A program made the translations under genes and the position numbers. From Vicugna vicugna (Eukaryota), in contig MU058384.1 of NCBI GenBank assembly GCA_013265495.1, positions 6,468,956 through 6,532,955 on the forward strand: a stretch of 64,000 nt of DNA, given 5' to 3'. The notes below the pieces were generated by a model that was not told the origin of the DNA, ran no database searches, and saw only the letters and a list, made by a program, of their open reading frames with translations. Every line of letters begins with the position of its first letter. The first letter of the stretch is position 1. This document shows positions 48,722-59,759 of the stretch, piece after piece.

Positions 48722-50150
48722 TGGAATATTGATTTTTTGTAAAGGTACAAAGGCAATTTAGTGGAAAAGAAAAATACTTTCAACAAACAGTGCTGGGTAA
48801 TTAGATCCATATTAAAAAAAAACACTTCTATTCACATCTGGCACAATATATAAAAATTAACTCCAAATGAATCACACACATAAAACTATAAACTTTTAGA
48901 ATAAAAACTAGGAGAAAAATCTTTGTGACCTTGAGCTAGGCAAACATTTCTTAGAAATGATGCCAAAAGCATGGGGCATAAAGTAACAAATTGATGAACT
49001 GGACTTCATGAAAATTAAAAACATATACTCTTCACAAATCAAGCCACATACTGGGAGAAAATATTTTAATATTGTATATATTATGAAGAGCTTGTATCCA
49101 GAATATTTAAGGAACTCTAAAAATGTAATAATAAGGAAACAAAAACGCAAATTAAAAAGGAGGCAAAAGATTTGAATAGACATTTCATCAAAGAAGTTAT
49201 ACAGGTAGCAAATAAACACACAAAAAGATGTTCAATATTAGTAGTTATTAGGGAAATGCATATTTAAACCACAGTGATTAACACTACACATTTATTGAAA
49301 TTGCTAAAATTTAGAAGTCTGACCACAACAAGTGTTGGTGAGGATATGGAGGGAATGGAAATCTCATACACTATTTTCAAATGTAAAATGGTACCTTTAC
49401 TTTGGAAAGCTATTTGACAATCTTTTAAAAAATTAAACATGACCTACTATATGATCTAGTCATTCCACTTCTAGTTATTTACACAAGAAAATAAAAGCAT
49501 ATGTCCTTACAAAGACCTATGCATGAATGTCTATAACAACTTTATTTGTAATAGCCAAAAACTGGAAACAACCTACATGTTCAATAGTCAAATGGATGAA
49601 CAAATTATGGTATGTCTATATAATGAAATACTACTCAGCAATGAAAGAGAATGAACCACTGATATATACAGCACTGATAAATCTCAAAATAATTATGCTG
49701 AATTGAAGAAGCCTGAAAAAATGAATACATGTTATTTCATTCCATTTCTGTAAAATTCTAATAAATGTTAATCTATACTGACAGAAAGATCAGTGGTTCA
49801 TTGGGTCTCCTGGGTTTGGTTCTAGGAGAGAGGAGAAGGGAGTGCTGACAAAAGTGTTCAAGGAAACTATCTGGAGTTATGGATGTGTTCATTACCTTGA
49901 TTATGGTTATGGTTTTATATATATATAAGCTAACTTTTATAATAAATTAATAAATATTTATTTTATAAATAAACATACAATCATTTATTTTATAACAAAT
50001 AATATATGTAATATTTATAATAAATAAAATATATGATAAACTATGTTTTTACAAGACATATAATAAACTATTTTTGCATGGAATTATATAATTTCATGCA
50101 AAAATAATTCATTGTATATCAACAAAACCTCAACAAAGATGTTTAAAAAA
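48722..50150 (+). mobile_element. old L1 (L1MD/L1MC-like) 3' ORF2 and 3' UTR with AT-rich expansion
   Basis: AAAGGTACAAAGGCAATT..TTCAACAAA..GTGCTGG; TTTGAATAGACATTTCATCAAAGAAG; GTTCATTACCTTGATTATGG..CCTCAACAAAG. Confidence 0.88.
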
Positions 50151-50159
50151 TAATAAGAC

Positions 50160-50660
50160 AAATAGAATCATGTCATTGCCCTGGTTAAAATTCCTTAGAG
50201 CCTCCATAGCCTAAGACAGAAGCCAGTCCCCTGGTATAGTACATAATGTCTCCTGTAATTCCTCCACTAACATTATGTGTACTGTCACAGAACAACTTGG
50301 AGTTCCCCCAAGAAACCATAATTTTTTTAGCCTCCTCACTGGGCAAACACTGCTTTTTGCTTGGGTTAAAGCCTCTACCTCTTTCACATGTCAGGCAGAC
50401 ACCTGCTTATCCCTTTAAAACTCAGTTCAAATCACTTTTGTCTAGTTTTCTCCCCAGTTCACCAAGGAGCTAGGTTCTGTCTCTTCTCTAATCCCACTGC
50501 ACCCTGTTCAAGCCACTATGATTACACTGTTGATGGGCTGAAATTATTTATTTATCTTTTAATCTCTTTTCCATTAGATTGTTAGTTCTTGTGGGACTCT
50601 GCTTTATTTGACTTTCTCCTCCACAGGTAGCAGAGTTCAATAAATTTTTGTTAAATAAAT
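50160..50660 (+). mobile_element. L2 3' fragment
   Basis: ATCATGTCATTGCCCTGGTTAAAA..CCTTTAAAACTCAGTTCAAAT..CCATTAGATTGTTAGTTCTTG..TCAATAAATTTTTGTTAAATAAAT. Confidence 0.75.
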
Positions 50661-52103
50661 GTATGATCTCAAGACCAATTAAGGTAAAAACATAAATTAC
50701 ACAAAATGATTGTACACAAAAGCCAATCATTTTTACAGTCCTAAATGTGTCTTGAGGATAAAAATCATCCTAGGAACCGACAAAGCAGCTCTCATGGAAA
50801 GGAGAAACAGGTTTACATCATACTTTCCAACAATAAATTATTCCATAGGCTTCATCATCTAGATTTGTATCTCTCTTTGAGCCCAGTGAGATCTTGATGT
50901 TCATACATCTCAAGCATCCTAGTTCTCACATTGTTGAAGTTAAAACAAAGGTATTCAATTATAATACTGCCAGTGTTTTTCAGTGGAAAAAATCCATAAA
51001 ACTGTTAATATGGGAATAAAACTGACTTAAAAGCACATTTTTACTCTAGCAGTAATAGTATAATTAAATTTTAATTCATTTTGTCATATTTTCTTTAGGT
51101 AATCTTAAAACAACACAATGCTTTAAAAATATTTCCTGCTTCCTGGTTTTTCCACTTTGATTTTATATAATGGTTGCTCTTTCTTAATTAAAAAGGCTGC
51201 TGGAGGATAAAGGGGTGGTAATACAATCAGGCCAAACTTTTTCAAATTTCCTACTTTATTGCTTTCTACCTTAATGAAAACATTCTCACGCTAAGCCATG
51301 GTGATATAAAGAACAATACAGCATTGCGTCTAGCATTATAGTGTAAATCAAAGAAAACAATTTTGTTGCTCTCTAAGGAATCTGAAGGCAAGTCTACAAT
51401 TTTTAACATTTGGATTTGGCACAAAATATCATTGTTATGATTAAATTTGCTGTTAATTGCAATTATAATTATTTTTCACCTATTGAATCATGTGAGCAAG
51501 TCATCTTCTCTTCAATTAAAAGGCCAAAATGACTGGTGACTGGGAAAATTCAGAAGGGACAAAGTTACAAAACCAGCTTCAGAAGAGAGACTTCTAATCC
51601 AATTGATTATGCCTCAGAGAGTCTGTGAGTTCCTTTTCCATAGCTGAGCAATTCTTTTAAATAGCTATGAAATCCAGACCAGTGGAACTATTCCAATCTG
51701 TGGACAGTGTGATTAATTCATAGAGCTTTGGCATAGTAACCAAGTCAAGTGTTTTCCACTGTGAGAAATTCTCAACCTATTTCATGGATAAGACTGAGCA
51801 GATTTAGAAGTACACTGCTTCTATGGGAATAGCATTAGAGATGCACGGTAAGGGAGAGGCTTGAAAAGCACTATCTTTGCTGATGGTTTATCATAGAGTT
51901 GCACCAAGAGCTTTGAGGTCTTGAGGAATTGTAGCCAACCAGTGGGGGATAGAGCCTTGAAGTTCATTATACTAAGGAAAGGTGACTCATTAATCAAACA
52001 CCAATGCTGACCCAGTTATTTGCCATACAGTGAGCACCTATTACATGCTGGGTGCTGCTAGACATACAGAGTGGAGTGAGAAGGACACATATTTCTGGTC
52101 TGA

Positions 52104-52284
52104 GAATGTTTCTCAAGGTGTGATTCTAGGATCAGCTACAGCAGAGCTGCTCTATGTGTATGTCAATTACCTGGACACCATCAAAGTTACTAAATAAGAA
52201 TTTTGGATGGTTTGGCTTGGAAATATGTAGTTTAACCTTTCCCCCGGCAATTTTTATGTATCCAAAAGTGTGAGAACCACTGCT
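52104..52284. mobile_element. MER5A-like MITE
   Basis: GTTTCTCAAGGTGTG..AAAGTGTGAGAACCACTG termini, about 180 bp. Confidence 0.7.
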
Positions 52285-52559
52285 CTTGAGATCCCATTCA
52301 ATGAAGAAATAAAACTAACAAGTTACTGTGATACACAGCATAATTTGATTTCTGTAACAAGAAAGTTAGAAACTGCTACTTGGATTTTAAAAAGAGGGGA
52401 TAGTAAGAATCTGAAAATATCTAAGAAGCAATGTTTGAGATAGACTTTGGAGGAGAATATGTGGTATTTCTATAGTTGGCATTTGGAGGAGCCATGCTCT
52501 AGAGGAAGTGAACATGTAAGTAAAAGCAGAGTGTGTTCATGAAATACTGAATTTTGATT

Positions 52560-52690
52560 AGTAATATTTCTCAAACTTCATGGTATAACACCTGGAGAGC
52601 TTTTAGAAATGCTGGTGCTTAGGCTCAACCCTGAAAATTCTTACTTTATTTGTCTCTTGCAAGACTTTGACATCAACTTTTTGAACAAAC
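52560..52690. mobile_element. MER5A-like MITE fragment
   Basis: TTTCTCAAACTT..CACCTGGAGAGCTTTTAGAAATGCTG. Confidence 0.55.
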
Positions 52691-53371
52691 TATTAAATTT
52701 TATTATAATTATTTAAAGTATTTTTAAAAAGAAAAATCAAGGAGATGAGGTGTCTGGCAAAGGGAAAAATGGATTTGGTGAGCAAAGAATAATAAGTTTT
52801 AATTTGAGAGGTTATTAGAATATTCAGGTGGCTAGTCTAGCTGGGTATAGGAAATAAAAGTTGAAGTTCTGGAGAGAAGCTCAAGCAGAGCAGGTAATGT
52901 TAACTGGGAAGGGGATTTTTCAAATTTCAAGCAGGGATGAAGACAGAGATACAATTAGGATTTAGAGAGGTAGGAAGAGCAACAGATATGGAAGTGTTTA
53001 GAATTATAGCAGAAGAATCAAGGTATAATCACCAAAGTGAAGGGAAGAAAAAGTCTTGGGAGAATTCAGGTGATTACTATGCTGACCAACTGTAACGATA
53101 ATTCTCAACACTAGCTTCACATTAGAATTGACTGGTGTGTCATCACATTTGAGAACCACCGACTACAGAGAAGTTGAAAAAGATGGAGATAAAGGAAAGG
53201 CTTTAGAATTTGGTGATTAGGAGATCATTGGTGATTTTTGAGAGAAGAATTTCAATTTAACATTTGGGGTTGAAAGCTAAATAGCAAAGGAGTTAAAGAA
53301 TGAGAGGTAGTGAAGAAGGAACTCTGGTTAGACCACACGATTTTAGAAGAACAACTTGAAACTAAAACAAA

Positions 53372-53472
53372 GGGGGAGAGTAATAGCTCAGTGGTAGAGG
53401 CCATGCTTAGCATGCACAAGATCCTGAGTTCAATCTCCAGCACCTCCATTAAAAACTAAATAAATAAACTAA
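53372..53472 (+). mobile_element. vic-1-like SINE (short form)
   Basis: GGGGGAGAG..TAGCTCAGTGGTAGAG..ATGCTTAGCATGCACAAGATCCTGAGTTCAATCTCCAGCACCTCCATTAAAAA. Confidence 0.9.
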
Positions 53473-54408
53473 TTCAATTTTTTTATACTTCCTAAAAACT
53501 AATTTAGAGAAAATAGTTATACTCAGAAGGTAGTACTGAAAAAAATCAGACCAATCCATGATCCACTAGGTTTCTGTGACTAATTATCACAGGGGCCAGG
53601 GCATGGATGCAGCATGAGATTTGGGATAAAATGCCAAATTTGGGGAATTCCTTTGGATGAAAGTGATAGATGGAAATGGTTCCATAGTGTCTTCCATGGT
53701 GATTCCCTGCTTTCTTCCTTATGTATAAAGTCTTTTCTTCTCATGTTCACTCTTCAATACCTTGTTGCTCTCTGATATAGTAAAGCACAGTGATGAAGTA
53801 AGCAGGAGAATCCCAGACTGAGAAGTCATTTAACTTGAAATATCTTCTACTAGTAATTTTGTCCTTGATTGAGTCATACATTTTATATTTCAAGGAAATT
53901 TTCATGTTGATGGATAGAAGAGAAAGCTATTAATATTCACCTTTATTTCCTACCAAGTATCTGCATAAAATGTGTATTTGAGGTTTGGTGCCCTTGCATA
54001 TTTCGGTGTACTAGGGTCATATCTACATTTTCCCTTCTGTGGTTCTTTTTTTTTTTTTGTCCTCTTATGCTTAGCTTTAGAACCCAAATAAGTCAGAAAA
54101 TAATGATTCTTGAATTTCAGTGGAAGTATTATTGATTTATCTATGGAAACTTCATGACTGCTGATGCTTCTAGTATTTAATAACCTTAAATTCTTAATTT
54201 TCTTCAAACTGCTTCTGCTCTCCTTGTATGGCTTAGAAAGCTTTTCATTTTTTACTCCCACTTCTTCTTTTTCCTTCTTTTTCAATTTTCTGCCTTATCC
54301 CACCCAAAACTACACATATGTCTCTCTTAATCTGAACTTTTGCTTCTGTTTTGGCATTCAATGATAAGTATTTGAGGTAGAGTATAAAAATACTACTCTC
54401 TCTCTCTC

Positions 54409-55254
54409 TTTTTTAAAGGAAACTCCATCCGATTTTTCGTACTGCCTACATCATATTACATCTCCACTGACAGTGTATAAGGGTTCTAATTCCTCCACAT
54501 TCTCTCCAATACTTGTTGTTGTTGTTGTTGTTGTTGTTGTTATAGTCATCCTAACAGGTGTGAGGTGGTTTTGATTTGCATTTTGCTGATGATTAGTGAT
54601 GTTGAGCATCCTGTCATATATTTGTTGGTCATCTGTATGTCTTCTTTGGAGAGATGCCTATTCAAGTATCTCTCCCATCTTAAAAAGTCAGGTTATTTAT
54701 CAAAAAACTGAAAACAGAGCTACCATATGATCCAGCAATCACACTTCTGGGTATGTATCCAAAAGAACTGAAATCAGGATCTGAAGAGATAGCTGCACTC
54801 TCATATTCATTGCAGTATTATTCACAGTAGCCAAGATGCAGAAATAACCTAAGTGTCCACTGACAGATGAATGGATAAAGAAAACGTAGTAAGTTTTTAC
54901 AATGGAATATTAAAATTCTGCCAAATGTGACAACAGAGATGAATCTGGAAGACATTATGCTAAGTAAAGTAAATCAATGACACAAGGACAAACACTGCGT
55001 GATTCCATTGAATGATGTATCTAAAATAGTCAAATTCATTAAAAAAAAAAAAGAGTAAAATGGTTGCCAAGGGCTGGGCCGAGGGGGCTAGTGGGAGTTG
55101 TTCAAAAGGCATAAAGTTTCAGTTACATAAGATGAATAAGTCATAGAGGTATACTATAAAACATTGTGCCTATATTTAATAATACTGTATTGTGCACTTA
55201 AAAATTCGCTAAGATCCACGCTAAGCATTCTTACCACCACCACAACAAAAATAA
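54409..55254 (+). mobile_element. L1MB1/L1MA10-like 3' end with 5' inversion (about 54409-54698 inverted)
   Basis: Antisense ORF2 segment TTTAAAGGAAACTCCA..GATGATTAGTGATGTTGAGCAT..TCTTCTTTGGAGA joined to sense CAAAAAACTGAAAACAGAGCTACCATATGATCCAGCAATC..TTCTTACCAC; (GTT)n at about 54514-54541. Confidence 0.9.
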
Positions 55255-55409
55255 CATCAACAGAAAGTAGTGAGGAAAACATCAATATCATCCTATTCAA
55301 AACTGTAGTTTTAACTTACAGTTTTATTCAAAACTCATTGAAAATTTGTTATAGAAATAGCAACCATCTCTTTCCAGAACAATCTTTTTAGCTTTTATGG
55401 CCATCTAGT

Positions 55410-55682
55410 AGAGCCAGGGATGGGCATAATCCAATTTGATTCTCTCTCTTTATCACTCCCTCTTCTCTCCCCTGTGTAGGTGAGAAGGTACCTATCCTTA
55501 CAATTATGAGGAGGAAGCCAAAGTATAAAGTGGGCTTCTGGAAGATAAAACATACAGGTAAGATAACCACGCTTCCTCTAGAATTGCCTCAGTCACATGA
55601 GCAAACAAATACGTCTTTATTTTTTAGAGCAGTCTGAGTTGAGATTTATATTATTTGCAACCAAAACATTCTTCTAGAATAG
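55410..55682 (+). mobile_element. ERVL/MaLR LTR 3' fragment
   Basis: GTCACATGAGCAAACAAAT..AGTCTGAGTTGAGATTT..ATTTGCAACCAAAACATTC terminus. Confidence 0.55.
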
Positions 55683-56801
55683 AATCAATGGATTAGGAGT
55701 CCAGTGGCCAAGTATAGTGTGTATCACATGGTAGACACTCAGAAAATATTAGTTGAATGAATATATTGTCAAATTTTTTATTATCTCCCACTGTAAGCTT
55801 GGGCAAATCACATCATTTTAATGTCTTTGATTATAAAATAAAATGTTAATGAACATTTTGCTAAGATCACTTCTCACTAAAATTAACTATATATTTTCCA
55901 TGAGGGTAACTGTAATATTAGCTACTATTAAAATCAGTTTAGTATTTGAAAGACTGTTTCTTTGCATGTTTCTGCTTTTCAATTCTCATTGTTTCATTGA
56001 GCATGAGAATTTTATACCGAATTAATCCTGATAAAAGTAATAAACATAGTGGTCAGAAAAGATAATCACTATATATTTAACATATCATTTTTGCATCCTT
56101 AGAAACATAAGATATTTATTATAAAATGTCTAAACAAGAAGACATTTAATTTGAAATCACAATAGAGATCTTACTGTTTCTCTTTGTACTGAAAACTTCA
56201 GATCCAATCACTGTTTTCTACAAGTGTTTGAAATATATTGCAACACGTAACTATTATGTGAGTTACAGAAGTACCTACTACTTATCAGTAGCAATTAATT
56301 TCTAGGCTTGTTGCAACAGTTTGAATATTTTCTATTATTTTGTACTTAGTTCTCTTCTTTTGCTTACATGACAAAAAATTGATTACAATGAAATACTAAA
56401 ATTAGATGTGATTGTTGTGTTATTACCTAACCAAGGCTCAAACTAAAAATTCTACTTCAAAGCTTTTAAATAGAAGGTTAATAATTATGTTTTATGCACT
56501 TACTTGGGAAAACCAGTTAACAGGTCATGTAGAGAAAAGACAGGGAGTGATAAGTTGAATGAGAAGATTTGAGGAACAGTTCATAAAACTGCAATCTATT
56601 AGGATTTCTACAAATGTCAGAAACAAATTTGTGTTGGATAATGTTAAGAATGTGTGATGATTTGATGGAGTTCACAGTAGTTGCTATCAGGTCTAAGGTG
56701 GAAATTGGTTAAACTCCTTAATGTGGTTGAAGAGGCCATTTCAAATGAGATGATAAACCCTACTTCCTCAACTTATATTGCTTTAAAGATTTCAGGACCC
56801 T

Positions 56802-57421
56802 TCCTAATCTGTCTGAAGAAAATGAAAACACTAATTTGAAGAGATATATGTATCCCTATGTTTGTTGCAGCATTATTTACAATAGCTAAGACATGGCAGC
56901 AACCTAAGCATCCATGGACAGATTAGGATAAAGAAGACGTGGTATACGTACACAGTGGAATACTACTCAGCCATAAAAAGAATAAAATCTTGCTATTTAC
57001 AATAACTTAAATAGATCGAAAGGGTATTATGCTAAGTAAAATAATTCAGACAGAGAAAGACAAATATGATTTCACTTACATTTGGAATCTGAAAAACAAA
57101 ACAAATGAATAAACAAAATAAAACAGAAACAGACTTATAGATGCAGAGAACAAACTGGTGGTTGCCAGAGAGGAGAGGGGTGGAGAATTAAGCAAAATAG
57201 GTGAAAGGGATTAAGAGGTACAAATTTTCAGTCCAAAAATAAATAGATGTAATGTACAGCACGATGAATATAGTCACAGTATTGTAATAACTTTGTATGA
57301 TGACAGATGGTAACTAGACTCAAATTGGTGATCATTTCATAATATATATAAATGTTAAATCACTATATTGTATACCTGAAACTAATATAATATTGTATGT
57401 CAGTTATATTTCAATTAAAAA
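56802..57421 (+). mobile_element. L1 3' end (L1MA9-related 3' UTR type) with 17-bp TSD
   Basis: GCAGCATTATTTACAATAGC..GGATTAAGAGGTACAAA..GACAGATGGTAACTAGACT..CCTGAAACTAATATAATATTGTATGTC; TSD AAAGATTTCAGG[A/G]CCCT at 56785 and 57422. Confidence 0.93.
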
Positions 57422-58539
57422 AAAGATTTCAGGGCCCTCTCTATAAGAATGTGACATGAAATCCTAATATCTGCTCCAATTTTGTTTTTCTTTTTTTCCT
57501 TCAAAATGATCACTCTGGTCCAGTTCTTAAATGCTGTAATCTGTGGAACTCAAACAGAGTCTGTGAATCAACCTGAGACAACTCTGAGCATTGTTCCCTT
57601 TGTGTTACAAGCAGTCTTCTAACATAAGATCATATTCAGAGTCAAAACACTAATAATATTTATCAGGGAATTAAGGAATCACAATAAAGAGGCAACTAAC
57701 ATCTTCTGTGGTCAAATTCAATCAGATGGAAGTTGAGACTACACATGCAGGTTCAGAAATATACAATGGATATTTAAAAACCATCAGTTATCTCCTGATA
57801 CTTGAAATTTTAGTATAAAATATTCCTCTCCTAGTACTGTGAGCAGAGAGGCTCAACAACTATAATAAATGTAGAATATAGCTTTTAAAACTCACAAATA
57901 ATTCTTTACTTCTTGGCAAAAATAAATCATCAGAGAAGCCATGGCTTTAAACGAAGGCTGTGGCCAAATGATGTATTCTTTTCATTGCTTATTCATGGAG
58001 AACCTGTTTTCAATTGCTCTGTCCAAGTAACAATTTTTTGGTTACAACATAATGATGTATTTCATTCAGTTATCTTCTTTTTGTTTTGTGGTATAATTCC
58101 CCAAAGGTAAGGAGAGAGCATTTAGAAGGCATCCTAGGGTCTAAGTTTCTTCAGGTTTTATTCTTACTAAAAAAAAAAAAAAACTGCTATACTTGCCAAG
58201 GATTCCAATGCAATTAACACAGTATCTTCATATGCTATTATTCAATTGAGAAACCGTATTGAAACTTTAACAATACTACAGGTTCTTAAAACATTTATAA
58301 AGAGCACTATGACAGAATTGCAGCTTGGAGGGAAAAAATCACTCAATTTTTTTTATTTCACTGCAAATGCAAACTCAGAGGCATTTGCATAATTACATCT
58401 GAAGACATGTTTATACCAGGGCTCTGAAATAAACGAAAGATCAATTTTGATGCAGGATGTGCTTAAAAGAGATCTCATCAGGACTCCAGCCAAGGTAGAC
58501 TCCCTGTGCCCCCCTAACACTAACTGAACATGGTTTGAA

Positions 58540-59340
58540 GAATGAAAGGCAGGAAAATTAATCCATGGTGACAGCAGTTAGGAGAGTGGTTACTTTTTGC
58601 TGAGGGCAATGAGTGGGATGGAGCTTGAGTGAGGCTTATCGGTCCAGGTGGTATTGGATAATTTGATCTAGGTACAAATGACATAGAGGTGTTCACTTTG
58701 TAAAAATTAATAGAACAATTCACTTAAGACTTGTGTGCTTCACTATATGTACATTTCAGTAACAAAGTTTACCAAAAATACGAAGGAACATTCTAAAAGA
58801 CAACTGAGTAGGATTCTTTAAAAAAAAAAATCATCATAAAAAACAAAGTAAAACAAAAAAACAAACACATGCAATGTGTAAATCTTGACTGGATCCTGGA
58901 TTAAAAGAAGAATAGCTACCAAAGTCTATTGGGGATAACTGGAAATATGTGAATATGGAATGGATAGTAGATCCTAACATAGTTATTGTTAATTTTCTTA
59001 GGTGTGATAAGGTATTGTTGTTATATGGTTCTTAGGAAATGCTCACTGATGTGATCAGAGATAAAGTGTCAGGATGTCTGCAACTTACATTCAAATGATT
59101 CAGAAAAAAGTGCATGAGTGTGCATGTTGTGCGTGTATGTGTGAGTGTGATTTTGCATGTGAGTGTGTGTGTGAGGGTATGTGTGACAGTGTGTGTATGT
59201 ATATGTGTGAGTAGAACAGTGTGAGAGTGAGTAAATTACAGCAAATGAGATGACATTTTAACAAGTGCTGAATTCTGGTGTAGAGTATGTTTCTTGCAAC
59301 AGTTTTGTATGGTAAAAAAAAAAAAATTCCAAATAAAATG
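58540..59340 (+). mobile_element. old L1ME/L1MC4-like 3' UTR fragments with TG-rich tract
   Basis: GGTGTTCACTTTGTAAAAATT..CACTTAAGA; ATGCAATGTG..CTTGACTGGATCCTGGA..TTGTTAATTTTCTTAGGTGTGATAA..GATGTCTGCAACTTAC; TG-rich 59110-59230. Confidence 0.8.
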
Positions 59341-59759
59341 ACCACTTGACCCAAATCTTCAGTCTCAAGATTCCTGCTGAGCTGCTCTGAGGACCAAGAT
59401 GAAGCTGCAAGTCTAGAAGAATGTGGGAATAATGGGCCGAGACACTGGATGAGTTATACTCCTTCATACCAAGCTCCTGAACGCTCACCGTCCTAAATTT
59501 TATTTTTATATGGCACACATTTAGAAAATTTAGGAGTGTCCTGGAAAGTTGTAACAGCTGGTCTGCGAGTGTTGGGCCTCGGGGCTGGGGGTGGTTGAAT
59601 GAGGAATTCCGAGGCCTCTGAGAGAAGCCTGTTTCAGAGAAAGGCCCCAAACTGCCTGGGGACCCACAGTGTGAGAAACAAGCCACTGGACGGGCCCTGA
59701 CAGATGTTATGAAAGGGTGGTGTTAAGTGCCTTTTTCAGGATATTAAACCAGCATCCTA

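Larger units (their letters stand above)
52020..53340 (-). mobile_element. long degenerate L2 interrupted by MER5-family MITEs
   Basis: TGAGCACCTATTACATGCTGGGTGCTG..GTTTGAGATAGACTTTG..TTTGGTGATTAGGAGATCATTGGTGATTTTTGAGAGAAG. Confidence 0.6.

Noticed and set aside
133..53472. tRNA-Ala genes at the six tRNA-like sequences
   Set aside because: They have A-rich tails, TSDs in several cases, broken acceptor stems and scattered mutations, so they are SINE copies rather than tRNA genes.
53950..54285. 111-aa lysine-rich ORF as a gene or processed pseudogene
   Set aside because: Non-ATG start, lysines come from A-runs, no recognisable domain, and no poly(A)/TSD structure.
59258..59686. Longest ORF in the track (142 aa)
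   Set aside because: Non-ATG start, runs into an L1 3' UTR, and the product is not recognisable.
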